Shown: in pieces, positions 49,107 to 63,619 of the stretch
How positions within the stretch are numbered: the stretch's first letter is position 1
How the letters are laid out: every line of letters begins with the position of its first letter
Assembly (NCBI GenBank): GCA_010356995.1
Contig: ML996694.1
Span: forward strand, 309,224 to 373,223
DNA length: 64,000 nucleotides
Source of the DNA: Trichodelitschia bisporula
Lineage: Eukaryota
Direction of reading: 5' to 3'
Program-made: the position numbers and the translations under genes
Notes under the pieces: generated by a model
Databases searched by the model: none
What the model was told of the DNA's origin: nothing
Seen by the model: the letters and a program-made list of their open reading frames with translations, nothing else

Positions 49107-50445
49107 CTATTCAATCACCCGCTTCTCTGAAAACGCGGGGCTGCGCAGGTCCTCGTAAAACTTGCGGTCCTCATCCATACTCGGTTGCCGGTACTCCGAG
49201 GGCGGCTCATGTTGCATCGTTGGCCTGCGATCAGGGCTGCTGTACAAGTACGTGGCATAAAGAACAATGAGCATTCCCAGAAGGAACTAATCCAAGTCAG
49301 TACCTGTTGTATTGGGACATCGGATAACGTCCTCGATCCAGGCAACTTACATTCATCGTGATTTCGAAATTGAACAGCCAAACGCTCGCGATGAAACTGA
49401 TGACGATACTGATGCTGGTGGCGAAGTTCTTCGCAATGTTGTCGGCGTAATTAACCACCAGTGCTACCAACAGCCCGCCTACGGCCTGGAAAGAAATGGC
49501 CGTCCAGACAACCGAATTGTAGCCCGTAAAGAAGCCATCCTTGGCGATGTTCGCGCCATCCTTGAAGATGACACCAAAGAAGAGAGCTGGGAAGAGCGAG
49601 TAAAACGAGAGTTGCACATTGCGCACCCAAAGTGTAACCTTGGTACTGTCTTTGAGAACCTTTTCAAAGTAGACACCGGCAAGGCCAGAAATCATGCAAG
49701 CGACCCCGACGGCCATGAGACCGACGTAACGGTTCATATCTGGGTGATGGCTAGCGGAAGGCGCCCGTGCGGTGTGCTTCGTCGTCTCAGTGTGCCCACT
49801 CCCGGTGGGTAGTTGTACCACAGCCACACCAGCCATGAGTAGCACCAGCGACACCCATTTCTTCGCGGACAGGCTCCGCTTGAGCATAGTGACGCTGAAG
49901 AGTGCAGTTGTGAGGATCTTCAGTTGATACGTGACTTGAAAAGTAGCTGCATCGAGGTTGCTGACCGCAACGTACTGCAGAGAGTTCTGGAAGGTATATA
50001 GAGCTGCTGGGATGGCGAGCTTCCAGCTGTCGCTCGAAAAGACTTGTGAGAGGAGCGACCTGGTGAGGTCCGATGTGGTTGTGCCGGGGGTGGCATGGCG
50101 CACTGCGTCCAAGTAGGCCACCACTAAGGCAATGCTCAATTTGATGACCTCATTCATGAAGACGGCGGTGGATGTAAGGTAGCGGTGCCCGTCGACGAGC
50201 GGCATGATGCGCGAGTAGTGCATGACCTAAATGGGACGGCCGTCAGAGTTTGCTTTGCTGTATAGCAATAGCAGATGCCAACAGCCGCTACGTACCAGTA
50301 TGAGCGCCGCATTTTGAACTGAAAGCTTCGCCAAACGTCAGAGTGTTCCATCTTATGCAGTTTGCGCGCTGCTCACCGTGGCCAGCGACAAGTAACTCAG
50401 CGGGATGCCCCCGAGCGTCGCGGATCGACGAGAGTCTGAGGACAT
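49107..50445 (-). CDS. Nucleotide-sugar (UDP-galactose-type, SLC35A family) transporter, 3 introns
   Basis: LSVQNAALILVMHYSR, STAVFMNEVIKL, IPAALYTFQNSLQYVAVSNLDAATFQVTYQLKILTTA, AGVYFEKVLK, YADNIAKNFATS. Confidence 0.92.
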
Positions 50446-53400
50446 GACTTAGGGGGGGGATGGAGTAAGATGGTGGTGAATAGCGATGGTTGTCTACCGT
50501 CAACAAGGAGACAGGGGAGTCTGAAGCGGGGGAACGACAAGGCAACGCCGTGAGTTGAGGATAAAGAAGCTATGTTAGGGGACAACACGATGCTTCAACG
50601 AGGAACCATTAGGAGGTAACATGCGGCTGTGAATGTTGGCGGGCTGGAGTTACGTCGCGTTGGTGCGGACAGGGTAGATGAGGAGGCGTTCCCCTCGCCG
50701 CGCGAGGTGAACACCTGAGAAGCGCAAGCCCCAAAAAAAGCCAACGAGTTGGAGAAGCGCCCAGTAATGGACAAGAGCCACTAGGACTCGATCGGCGCTA
50801 TGGCGCTTCCTAACCCCTCTACCCCTGCGTAAATCGGGCTGATTCCAGTGTGCCCAGCGGCCCAGAATCCCGCATTCCAGGAATATCTCTTCGGCTCGTC
50901 GACTCGGAGTCGCGCACGAGTGCACACTCCTCTCCCAACCCGGTCACGTTTAGTCAAGACAAAAGGGTGGCTTTGGCCGGCTGACTTCCGTATCATCTCG
51001 ACTCCTTAACCTTCATCTCCCGTAGTTTATGCGTTCCTACCGCTAACTCGCAATCCTGCGCCTGGAATATCTCTCGGGAGGTCAAAATTTCCCGGACTCC
51101 CTGTGTAACCCGCGTGCGACCAGCTTTCTCCCTTTGTCGTGTTTCGTTCGTCGTGCACCCTCAAGCAAACAGAAGCAAACGAATGCGCAAGTACTCCAAT
51201 GTGGCCTGCGAACGAAGGCACGTTTCCTTGTGCATGAAGCGACACTATCCTTCCGCTCTTCACATTGGACTTCTGTTCTACCTGCCGACACGGTACCATG
51301 TCCTGCTGTTCTCAATGCCCCATTTCACGCTGACATTCTCGCCGTTAACTCATCACAGACATTGTGACCGACGTCGCCACCTCGAGGATTATTATTGATC
51401 ACTACTCCGTATTCCTTCTTAGAAAGGGGATGCGGCGCCCTTGCAGGCTGGCTGAGTATTTTGTTCTAGAAAAGGGGATGACGAGGTTCAGCTTTTTGCC
51501 TCAGGCATCACTTGCACCGTGGCCAAGGCATTTGGGTCGCCGTCGGTCAAAGTCCGCCCTCAACATCTTGCATCGAACTTCGACGTCGCCTGACAATAAC
51601 ATTTGCAGTTCTACCGTCTATCTTTGGAGCTCTATGCCCAACCACAGCGATTGAATCGCGGCGGCTAACCAAAGGCTCCAAGAAACGAGGACTTTCTTCC
51701 CAGCTTCGAGGTCCCGCCTGGCCCTGTTTCCAAAGTTGAGCATCCTCGAACTGAACGAACCGGTTTACAACTCAAGTTGGAACTTATGTGCTTGCTCGCG
51801 CTTTTCCGATGCTCTCTTTATGCCTTCTGCTGCAACGCAAGAGACGTTGATGACCGGAGTCAACCGACTTTGCATCTGTATCTTCCAAGTCACGGCCGTT
51901 CTCGGGTCCTTCTGGAAGTCAAGCATTCGGCTACGCCGGCCCCGGAGATTCGGAACGAAACTCGGAGATATGGCGGAAGCTGGCGTTCCTAATAGGAATG
52001 AAAGCATACCGGGTCCTCTTTGCCGTATGGCAGGTTGATACACTAACAGTCAGGATGGCGTCCGTGACTGCAACAACAATACCACCGAAATTAAGCCTCC
52101 CCTAATCTCGCAAGCTGCATCTTGAGATCCAGATGACGTCCGAAGCTCCGTCGCAGATCACCCGGTCCTTTTTAGGCCCCAGCCTTCGATGGATATTTAG
52201 CAAGCGCCAACCCGCGCGCATGTCCGCTTTTGATGCCAGGGCTTAACGGTGTGAGAAATGTCCGGGATTTAGCTAGTGCCGATGGCCATCCGTTCCGTGG
52301 AGCAGGTAGCTTCTTCGCTGCATAGCGCGACGCTTTTATTGTTCGTTTTCGGTAGACTCTCGGAACAGCCGGCGCACGATCAATCATATCAACGGAAGTT
52401 CCTTTTGCCTTCCAAGATGGAAAATTCCCGGTTCGAAGTCACCATGGAGCACACGTGAACCTCATTGGTAGAGGGCCATCATTACCCGTCGCTCAACTCC
52501 CCAGCACGGACAGTATCTAGACGGCGGCCGGATATAGTGGTTTGCTGCCATGCATTGGTACCCACCAACGTCACCGGAGACTAGCGCCTATGGTTGAGCC
52601 ATGGCATCTGGTCTGTTACCCCGTGTATTCTAGTCCCGCATTTCTCTCCCTGCGCAGATCTTATTCTGACTTCTATCCGTATGGTCTGAGGCTGACTAGT
52701 CATTAAGAGATTCACCGTCATAACCTTTGGTACACTCAGTCCTGAAGCAACGAATGTATATCCTGAGACTTTGTCCAGCTTGCGCAGCCACGAGTTAGAG
52801 GAGCCTTATGAGTGAGAAAGTGCAAACAGTCAATCAGTTTGTCAAGAGTACAAGACACCGAACTACGACACAGTCGCCGCTTCAACCCCTTTCTTGTCCT
52901 ACCCGCCGAGCCACCATGATCATGTTACCCAATCAGACGGCTCGAAACGTTCCGAGAGCCGCTTCCGTTAAGGGTACAGCTTGCGGGATGTTGAGTTCCC
53001 GGGGAATAGAAGCTCTGACGGGGAAGGGCACAAAACTTCCTCTGCGCCCTTGATGTCGCCTTTCGGTCAGCTAACAGGTTCCGAGTTTCCTTCTTTGGAA
53101 GGCGGTGCAGCATTCAGTCTTCGATTTCCGAGGAGAATCAAATGCGCTGCTGATCGACCAGCCGAATTTGTAGTTCACCATATCATGTACGCGGAGTGGG
53201 TTGGGGTGTGACCCCACAGAAAGCTCAGTGTCCATGATCTTCTGGCCTGGGCATTGTCCCAGTCCTTCGCATGGCACCTTTCCATTTCCGATACGGCGAC
53301 AACGGCGTTCAGCACTGACCGGCTGAAGTGGTAATGGACCCGAGATCACTAAGATCCAGCTGGTATCACTTGCCCCGGTCTTAACGCGCAGGAACTCTCA

Positions 53401-54734
53401 ATTCTGACGGGAATATATTGACCTCGACAGGGCGGCCCAACGGCGCCAACGAATTGGCATGCTCCTACAACGACATCCCGGTCTCCAGGCCCTTAATAGT
53501 TCACACACAGGTCCCAACCTTCCGGAACTTCATTGGCTTATGGCCCAGAACCCGCCGTTATACGACTAGTCACTTGCACTGCTTACAATCGCCTCGTCCG
53601 CCTGGCCGCAGCGGCGTACTCGAAAACTCAATTGGCCACGTGATCTCTCTTTATAGGGTCACCTGGTACCTCCTGGTTTAGCCCTTCATCAATCTGGACG
53701 CACCCCCCGGGCCCAGCATCCAACAGCATAGCGGAAACCAATAGGTGGTTGGAATCGAAAGAACCGATGGCCGACCGACAACTCTCGAAAATTCCGGTGC
53801 GCTCTCGAGATCGCACATGAAAGCTGCACTTCCCGCCCTGGCCCGTCACCCCCGTTGCTCAACTTGATCTGAACAATCAGCCCCACCTGCGATTGATGGG
53901 CCTGCGTTCTTTTTGCCGCATTCGCCGGGTCAAGGGGAGTCAGATCATGCCATTCACGATTACCATTATTCAGCAGGGCAGACCCGTGCGGCTGGATTTG
54001 CTCTTGAATACCCACGTACCCAGCTTCCTGAGAATGCTTTGCTGGCCGTGGACAACCAAAGTGATGTTGCTCGGACGGTCAATGGACTACTTTGTTGCAG
54101 TCGCTCTACCCTTCCCGCCAGGGCGAGGCGCATTGCTCTCCTTACAAGATTGGCGGCCCGTGCTTGTCTCCGTCCGTGCTGGCCGATGTAGCTCCTCCGC
54201 ACGGTGGCGCTAAACCATGCTTCGTTATGCAAATCATAGGACACCTGCCACTTACATGAGACCACTGTAAGGCATACTCCACAGCTTCATCGTTCGGATA
54301 TATTGCTGCTGGTTCGGCTATCGTGCAATGCCCACGTTTTCCATCCCCCGGAACCCTGCCATCCCCATGAAGAGGCTCGGAAGGATATCCTCAATAGAAA
54401 GATCTCGCGTATTCGAGGCTCCCTCCCGCCTTCTACGCCTGTATCAACAACCTTGCAGAAGTTCGAAAGGGAAATGCGGGCGATTTGCCAGAATTATGGC
54501 CGCATGGATCTCAACAGTGGCGTTCTGATTTCAAAGGCGCGCAGTCGATATTCCCCACTCCCGCCAACCCACGGGAGTATATATGCCATGGCCCTCCAGC
54601 CCTGTGGTGCCCTTCGTTCATCGTCCATCATACTCAGGGAACGGCCGCGGAAAACGGTTACTTAACTTCAGTCTCTCATTCCAGTTTCCATTCACGCCTC
54701 TCGTTGAACGAACACCGGCGCCCCCTCTTCCACA

Positions 54735-55646
54735 ATGAAGTTTTCAGTCGTCGCCCTCACCGCCCTCGTGGCCACCGTTTCCGCCGCGCCGGCCGCGGAG
54801 CTGCTGGAGAAGCGCCAGCAGACCGCCAACGATCTCATCAGCGGACAATGTAAGAAGGTCACCTTGGTCTTCGCGCGCGCATCCACGGAGCCGGGCAACA
54901 TGGTGCGTAGTTACATCTCGCGCTTCTCGCATTGCGCAAGCTAATTATCACCCAGGGCATGTCTATGGGTCCAGCCGTGTGTTCTGGCCTGAAGCAGAAG
55001 TTCGGCGCCGGCAACGTCGCCTGCCAGGGCGTGGGTGGTGCCTACAGCGCCGGGCTTATGGATAATGTCACCCCGGCGGGAACAACAGCGGGCGCCATCG
55101 CCGAAGCGACCAAGATGTTCACCACCGCGGCCTCGAAGTGCCCGCAGACGACCATCGTGGCCGGCGGCTACAGGTACGCCCTCCTCCCTCCCGTCCCACG
55201 CAAAACTAACCCCCCGCAGCCAAGGCACGGCCGTGATGATGAATGCGATATCCAAGCTGCCCGAGGACGTGAAGAACCGCGTGGTGGGCGTGGTTCTCTT
55301 CGGGTATACCAAAAACGGGCAGCAGAAGAGCGGCATCCCCAACTACCCCAAGGACCGCGTTTCCGTCTACTGCTCGGCCAGCGACGGCGTTTGCGGCGGC
55401 CAGCTCATGGTTACGGCTGGGCACTTCTCGTACATGGGCGACGGCAGCGGACCCAAGGCTACGGCCTTCCTGACGGCGAAGATCAACGCTGGTCCCGGTG
55501 GCGGTGGGTCTGCGCCCAGCTCTGGGTCGGACTCGGGCGAGAGCGCTCCTGAGGCGCCGGCTGCTCCTGCGGGCAAGGGAGCGAAGGGCAAGGGCATGAA
55601 GGGGGGCAAGGGCGCGAAGGGTGGCAGCAAGATGCGTTTGGCTTGA
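54735..55646 (+). CDS. Secreted cutinase (CE5) with Gly/Lys-rich C-terminal tail; introns 54903-54955, 55174-55219
   Basis: Signal peptide plus KR pro-site, [12 protein letters not shown], spliced [33 protein letters not shown]. Confidence 0.95.
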
Positions 55647-57394
55647 GCTCCGTTTAGATAGATTCATTCGCGAGGTGTAGTTTGCCACTTTGTTGTACAT
55701 ATTAACAAGCATTCAAGGTGTCTGAATACAAGAGTTTCAGCCTAGTGCGTGGCCAGTGGTGGTCATTTTGCCTTGCCCGGAGTCCGATGGTTGTTGGCCG
55801 TATACGTAAACTGGGGAGCGGGACGCCAGCCAATGGTTGCTTTTGGGGCCCGACTTCTTGCAGTTTTCTGGACATGGGTATCGTTTAGCCCCATCTATAC
55901 GTCATACAGGAAGTATGTGATAGAGGATTATGCCTACAAAGAATAGCCAGATTTGAGATTAATGACCGGCCAAGCCCGGATCCCCTAACTGTGCAATGTC
56001 AAAGTTCCTCGACCACCACCATTTTCCAAAAACTCACAGGTCAGTTTGAAACTTTGAAAACCATGGCTTGGGGGTGGCTGGTGTTCCTCGGGACGCTGGC
56101 GAGTGGATTCCGGAAGAGAAATTTCGAATTTTGGTGAGGTCTTACTGTGCTGAGACCCAGGAACGCGGAGAGTCGACACCTTACAAGGCTCGATGGAAAC
56201 CGGAGACCTCAGTTCCACTGAGCTTCGAGGAGGCCCTGATTGAGTAGGAGTTGGAAGCGGCTGCAGCTTCTCCGAACATAACACGGGACCATATCGAGGG
56301 TCTCAGAGCTCGGGTTCGGCGTCCTGCTAACTTGCACGATGTAAGCGGTCTGGGAACAGGATTCTCATGCTGAGGACAAGACTATGATAGAGAAAGCCTT
56401 CGAATGCAAATAAAGCCGGCAGACCTCTTGTAGGTGAAGAAATGACTGTGAGATGTACTGCATTGATTCGACACCGAACGCATCACGATAGGCTGTCTGC
56501 GGCTGCATCGCGACTCAATAGGGTTGAATCCCTTTCCAATCCAGTAGACATATCCTAGAGATTTTAGAGAGGCGCAGCAAGACATCCCATTCCCAACTGG
56601 CTCCAATGACCGGGGAACCAATCCGATAAGCGGAAAATACTCATCCCCGATCCGATCAGTGCCAGTACAGACGCTCAGAAACTGTGCAGATTGTTAAAGT
56701 CCGGAAAACTTGGCCAGTGAGGCGGTCTAGTATAGCGGGAAGTACTGTATCGACGCCAGGGCTCCTTGCTGTGGGGAAGGGCGAAAGGCTGAGCATACTC
56801 CTGACCTTCCCCATGGGGCACATATTCTCCGAAAGGGCCATCAAACGGCATATGCCAGCCGCGTGGGGCGTGCATGACCTTTGCCCCATACGTCGTCCCC
56901 CATCAACTTCAAACAATCTCCCCACCGCAAACACATAGCCCTAACTCCAGCCCAGCTTGTTGGTCAAAACGCAACACGCTTTATTTTTGCTTAATGTGCG
57001 CTTGTTTGCCCGATTGCCTTTGCGGAGGAGCCAAGAAGGGCCTGGGGCCAGTCTTATCCAGCCAAAGAAGAACAAGCATTTTTCGAAGTTACAAAACACT
57101 AAGATCTTTAGTTCCCGACGGCGGTACCGTCACGGCTGTAGCAGCCCCGTCTTGGGGACAAGCAATGATAGCCATGAAAGTGTGGGGAAATGCGAACAGC
57201 CAAGAGGCGATTGCCTATTAGACCCAGATAAACTCGCTCCATGGCTCGCGGACTAGCCAGACTAGATGTGGTTGACAGTCGCATAAGATGTTCAAGAGCC
57301 CGAGTATAGTTTCCACTTCCGGTTGCGGTTCTCCCCTTTCTTCAAGTTCCTTCGATATCAAACAGCATCGTCGAGGTCCGGCCCCTGGTTCGAG

Positions 57395-58349
57395 ATGGGT
57401 ATCATAACTCCAATTTGGTTCCTTGCCTGGCTGGCACTGTCACCGTCCGCCCAAGCTGCCGTAATAAACGTCGGTACCCAGTTCGACAACTTCTCCGAAG
57501 ACTTCAACCTCGCTCCTTCAAGAGTGATTAGAAACGTCGACGCCACCAGAGCACTGCTGGCGGAAAATGGAACGACCCTCCATATCGTATTCCCGAAGCC
57601 GGCCGGCAATGTCAACCTGTCGGCAGTAAAGCACATTGCTGCAGGGGGCCACTTCGATGGCGGGATGAAGCTTTATGATCGAAGCCGTATGTCCATAGCC
57701 GCAGGCTTCGACTTCATTCTCACTTTATACAGCCAGCACGTGCAAGCAGCAAAAGGAGGGCGGTGACAAGGACGCGATTTTCCTTCTTGAGAATGGTGCC
57801 ACTTTGTCGAATATTCTGATTGGACCGAACAACGGGGAGGGAGTCCACTGCCTGGGAACGTGCACACTGAGGAACGTTTGGTGGATGGATGTCTGTGAGG
57901 ATGCGGCAACTTTCAAGCAGAAGTCCGGGGTGTCGACCGTTACGGGAGGCGGAGCCCGGAAGGCCTCCGACAAAGTATTTCAACACAACGGCGGAGGGAC
58001 GCTGAAGATCCACAACTTCTATGCACAAGATATCGGCAAACTGTATAGAAGCTGCGGGAACTGCAAGCAGCAGTCGAAGAGAAGCGTGGACATCGAGAAC
58101 GTGGTCGTGCACAAGGGCAAAGTCGGAGTGGGAATCAATGGAAATCTGGGAGGTAAGCTTTCAACATTGTATAGCGAATGGAGTAACTAATCCAGTGTCA
58201 TAGATCATGCCATGATTAAGAATAGCTGCTTCAAAGGATCGGACATCTGTTGGTTGTTTAAAGGTGTCACTAGCGGGGAGCCGAGTAGGACAGCAAAGGC
58301 ACCAGATGGTAAGGTCTGCCAGACGCAAGCTATGAAGGAGTCATGTTAG
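57395..58349 (+). CDS. Secreted pectate lyase, PL3 family; introns 57687-57732, 58153-58203
   Basis: Signal peptide, FDGGMKLYDR, EGGDKDAIFLLENGATLSN, EGVHC..NVWWMDVCEDA, DKVFQHNG, GKLYRSCGNC. Confidence 0.95.
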
Positions 58350-59626
58350 TTTTGAGCGAATGAATAATAATGACCATCGAAGTGAACATGATCTTTGCAG
58401 GAGTGTTGAAAATCGAGCGTCTAGTTCTAGATGTAGAAATCACACCCCTTCGAGGAGAGGCATCCTACGGATGTAGATGTGCCACAACCAAATCAGGTAC
58501 ACAATGTTGAAAAGCAGAAATCGTCGTCTTGAGAAGAGGGTACGATACCACCTACCCATAAGACGCTGGCTGTTTGCACCAATGTCAACTTGCCATAAGA
58601 AGTGCCACTGAAGTCAACTGGGAATTGGAGGGGCTTTCCGGGCCGAAAGGCACATGAAAGGTTCAAATTAAATATAGAGGCAACCCAGATCAGCATCTGG
58701 GATGGCATGAGGCTCCGTCGTAAAGTGCACTGGCCAAAAGTAACGCCCGCGATGGAGGGAAGCTGGGAGGAAAGTCCGGGGTTTGATGTGCGAGAGGCTA
58801 TTATTCGCTGAGACAGGTTTGAATGGCAAACTTTAATCAGCTGCTGGGGAATGCATGGAGTGGACGCATGGCAAATCAGCTGCTGACCAGTACCATATGC
58901 AACGTTACGTAAAGCACGGAGTGTGATGGGACAGGTCTTGAAGCTTTCCCCCCAAAGCAGCATCTCGATCGTATCCAGTGACAAGCGTCACTCTCTGGAA
59001 GAGGAAGGCTGACGGGAACGACGGATGGAGGAGTGGCGATGAGGATGACTGTACAATGGGCGAAAACGGATATTCGGATACTGAACGAAGAGCCTAAGGG
59101 CAAAGTGAAGACAGTAAAGGAGGGAAAATGACCGTAAGACGGTAAAGACTGCACAGAGTTGAAGCAGTTTTCCTTAGTTCAATCGTAGCATCGTCATCGT
59201 CACGGACGGGCGGGGCGGCTCGAGACTGAAAGTGCGGGAGAAAAACAAAAGGCGCATCAGAAATCACGTGACAATGCTCGCTGCCCCGCGTTATCATGAT
59301 ACCGACATGCGCATACATCATCATGCACCTGCTCTCTCCCCTTCGCCCTCACTCGTCTGCGCCCCCTCCCCCAAGACCCAAGGAAATGCTCCCAATCCAC
59401 TGGGCGCCGATTCCTTGAACTATTTCTCGTCTAGCTTCCTCTGCTTCCCTTTCGCCTCCCTCCCCAGACCATCCTCCTCCACGCCTCCTACCCTCACGCA
59501 CACGAACTAGCCTCCCATCTCCTACATCCTTTCTACTGCCTCCGCCCCGTAAGCAACCTGGATGGGCAGGCTTCGTTCTCCACATAACTTCTAACCACGT
59601 CCATTGTTGCCCCTCACTCCCACACG

Positions 59627-62600
59627 ATGTTGCGCACAACTTTACGCCAATGCAGCTCGCGCTTGACTGCGCGGAGCCCCATTGCTCGCTCAACCTTTGC
59701 GACAGTCACCCGGACAGCTCGGTCCACGGCCCTTTCATCGCAACTGAGACCACTGGCCCTGATGACACACTCTAGACAGTACGCTTCCGCCGCTGGTGAA
59801 GACCAGGGCGCGGGCGGCGTCGGCGTTGTAAGTCTCATGGCAGGATATTGGGAGAGGTTCAATTGATCTCTATGCTAATCACATTTTCGAACAGGACCCC
59901 AATGATGCCTTCCTCCAGGGTAATACCGCCAACTACGTTGATGAGATGTACCTACAATGGAAGCACGATCCCTCCAGCGTCCATGTATCCTGGCAAGTGT
60001 ACTTCCGGAACATCGAACAAGGAGACATGCCTGTCTCGCAAGCCTTCCAACCCCCGCCGACCATTTTGCCGCGCCCGCATGGCGGCCTTCCCCACTTCGA
60101 ACCAGGACTGGGCATGAACGTGGGACAAGGCTCCGATGTCATGAACCACTTGAAGGTGCAGCTTCTTGTTCGCGCATACCAGGCTCGCGGTCATCACAAG
60201 GCCAAGATTGACCCCTTGGGCATCCGCTCGCAAGCCAAAGACTTTGGGTACAGCCGGCCTCGCGAACTGGAATTGTCTCATTATCAGTTCACGGAGAAGG
60301 ACTTGGATCAGGAATTTGCCCTTGGCCCCGGTATCCTGCCGCGCTTCAAGACGGCAACGCGCGAGAAAATGACGCTTAGGGAGATTATCGACGCCTGCGA
60401 ACGCATCTACTGCGGCTCCTATGGTGTCGAGTACATCCATATTCCCGACCGTGAGCAGTGCGATTGGCTCCGTGAGCGAATTGAGGTCCCCCAGCCGTAC
60501 CAGTACTCGGTCGACGACAAGCGGCGCATCTTGGATCGCCTCATTTGGGGTACCAGCTTCGAGGCCTTTTTGGCTACCAAGTATCCGAACGACAAGCGGT
60601 TTGGTCTCGAGGGCGGCGAGGCCTTGATTCCCGGCATGAAGGCTCTTATCGACCGGAGTGTGGATTACGGTATCAAGGATATCGTCATCGGTATGCCTCA
60701 TCGTGGCCGCCTGAACGTTCTCAGCAATGTTGTCCGGAAGCCGAACGAGTCCATTTTCAGCGAGTTCTCTGGTACTGCCGATCCGAATGACGAGGGTTCC
60801 GGTGATGTCAAGTACCATCTTGGCATGAACTTTGAACGCCCAACGCCATCCGGCAAGCGCGTGCAGCTCTCATTAGTCGCTAATCCGTCACATCTGGAAG
60901 CCGAAGACCCCGTCGTGCTCGGGAAGACCAGGGCTATCCTGCACTACAACAATGACGAGGAGGAGGCTCGCACCGCCATGGGCATCTTGCTCCACGGTGA
61001 TGCCGCCTTTGCCGCTCAGGGCATTGTTTACGAGACCATGGGTTTCCTCAACCTGCCGCAGTACCGCACTGGTGGTACGATCCACATCGTCGTTAACAAT
61101 CAGATTGGCTTCACCACCGATCCCCGCTTTGCTCGTTCCACCCCTTACTGCTCCGATATCGCCAAGGTTATCGATGCTCCTGTGTTCCACGTGAACGGTG
61201 ATGATGTGGAGGCCGTTAACTTCATCAGCCACCTTGCTGCTGACTGGCGCGCCAAGTTCAAGAAGGATGTTGTCATCGACATGGTCTGCTATCGGAAACA
61301 GGGTCACAACGAGACTGATCAGCCCTTCTTCACTCAGCCCGTGATGTACAAGCGCATCGCGGAGCAGAAGTCGACCCTTGACAAGTATGTGCAGAAGCTT
61401 CAGGAAGACGGAACATTCACCAAAGAGGACATTGATGAGCACAAGAAGTGGGTGTGGGGTATGCTTGAGGACAGCTTTGCTAGGAGCAAAGACTACCAGC
61501 CGACGTCCAAGGAATGGCTTACATCCGCGTGGAACGGCTTCAAGTCGCCCAAGGAGCTTGCTACTGAGGTCCTCCCGCATCTGCCTACTGCAGTGGAAGC
61601 CGACACGCTGAAGCACATCGCCCAGGAGATTGGTGATGCTCCTGAAGACTTTACTGTTCACCGTAATCTCAAGCGTATCCTTAGCGGTCGCGCGAAGACT
61701 GTGCTCGAAGGCGAGAACATCGACATGTCAACGGCCGAGGCGCTTGCTTTCGGGTCGCTGTGCATGGAGGGTCATCATGTGCGTGTCTCCGGTCAGGACG
61801 TCGAGCGTGGCACGTTCTCCCAGCGCCACGCCGTGTTGCACGACCAGTCGACGGAAGCGACCTACACCCCGCTGCAGCACCTTAGCAAGAACCAGGGCTC
61901 GTTTGTCATCAGCAATTCGTCGCTGAGTGAGTACGGAGTGCTCGGTTTCGAGTACGGTTATTCTCTCTCGTCGCCCAATGCTCTCGTCATGTGGGAAGCT
62001 CAGTTTGGCGACTTTGCCAATAACGCTCAGTGCATCATCGACCAGTTCATCGCCTCTGGTGAAGTCAAGTGGCTCCAGCGTACTGGCCTGGTGATGTCGC
62101 TGCCCCATGGTTACGACGGTCAGGGACCGGAACACTCATCTGGCCGCATGGAGCGCTTCCTGCAGCTCTGTAACGAGGACCCGCGTATCTTCCCTTCACC
62201 TGAGAAGCTTGACCGCCAGCACCAGGACTGCAACATGCAGATTGTCTACTGCACGAAGCCGAGCAACCTCTTCCACATCCTGCGTCGGCAAATGAACCGC
62301 CAGTTCCGCAAGCGTAAGTCTTGCCCTCCGTCTAGGCTATAGCTTGACACTGACCCTCCACAGCCTTGATCCTCTTCTTCAGCAAATCGCTGCTGCGTCA
62401 CCCCATCGCCCGCTCCTCGCTTGACGAGTTCACCGGCGATTCGCATTTCCGGTGGATTGTTACAGACCCTGCTCACGATTCGGGTGAAATTGCGCCGAAG
62501 GATGAGATCAAGCGCGTCATCCTGTGTACCGGACAGGTGTACGCTGCGCTCGTCAAGCACCGCGAGGACATTGGCGACAAGACGACGGCCATCACGCGTC

Positions 62601-62905
62601 TCGAGCAGCTGCACCCCTTCCCCTGGGCGCAGCTCAAGGGCAATCTCGACGGCTATCCCAACGCCGAGGCCATCGTGTGGGCTCAGGAGGAGCCGCTCAA
62701 CGCCGGCGCCTGGAGCTTCACCCAGCCGCGTATTGAGACCCTGCTCAACGAGACGGAGTATCACAACCGCCGGCACGTGTTGTACGCAGGACGCAACCCG
62801 AGCGCTAGCGTGGCGACGGGCCTGAAGCACATCCACAAGTCGGAGGAGAAGGAGTTGTTGGAGGCGGCCTTCCAGGTACGGCAGGAGAAGCTTAAGGGCG
62901 AGTGA
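59627..62905 (+). CDS. KGD1: 2-oxoglutarate dehydrogenase E1 component, mitochondrial; introns 59828-59894, 62314-62363
   Basis: Presequence, [36 protein letters not shown] (TPP binding), [23 protein letters not shown]. Confidence 0.98.
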
Positions 62906-63619
62906 GTTCAGAGTTCAGTGCAGCGGCTGGGAGTCGAGATACATAGACATTGCATGTGCTCATGAGGGCTGAGCGGTAATGAATGCTGTGAACGGTTGAG
63001 GCGGGTTGTGCGTTTGACGAGGCATGACGCGTGCCGAGAGCTGTAGGATTGATGAATCCGGGGGCAATAAGGGTTGGGTAGGGGCGGTGCAGACAACAAT
63101 ACATTTTTCTTGAACATTATTAGGGCTGGCAAGGAATTGTCTTTTCGGCTGGCTTGTGGCGAACCGATGCGGTCAAGCAAGCGCAGGCTTTATTCTCTCG
63201 TCCAATCGACCGTTTTACTGTACTTGTTCCATGTATTCTATAGCTGTGTCCTTTAGTTGCTTCTTCTCGTTGTCCGTCTCCGAGTACATAGAAACACTTT
63301 TCGATGCTTAGATCTTGTTACGCTGCGCGAGACTACTTGGGATTGAGCTGTGAATAAAGATCTACCGCATATGTCGCGAAGCTGCTTTTATTGAGGAAAG
63401 TTGCTTACTAACCGCGAGAAGCACAAAATGGCTGCATTCAACAGCCACCCAAAAGCGTAGGGTAAGGAGCTCCCAAAGAACCAGCAGCTCAACAGAAAGA
63501 AAACGGTAGGAGTTACATCCATGAAGCCGAACCGGATCTGGTCCCGAGTTTCCCGGTCAAAGAAAATATCAAGACGGCCCGGATAGCCCAGCCGAAGCCG
63601 ATCACGGCGCACTCGCGCT

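Noticed and set aside
50500..54700. 4.2-kb interval examined for transposon or ncRNA remnants
   Set aside because: No terminal repeats, transposase/RT motifs, AT-rich RIP signature or tRNA structure seen.
36246..62905. MCU and KGD1 as a calcium-linked functional cluster
   Set aside because: They are over 20 kb apart with unrelated genes between. Calcium activation of this enzyme is established for animals, not fungi.
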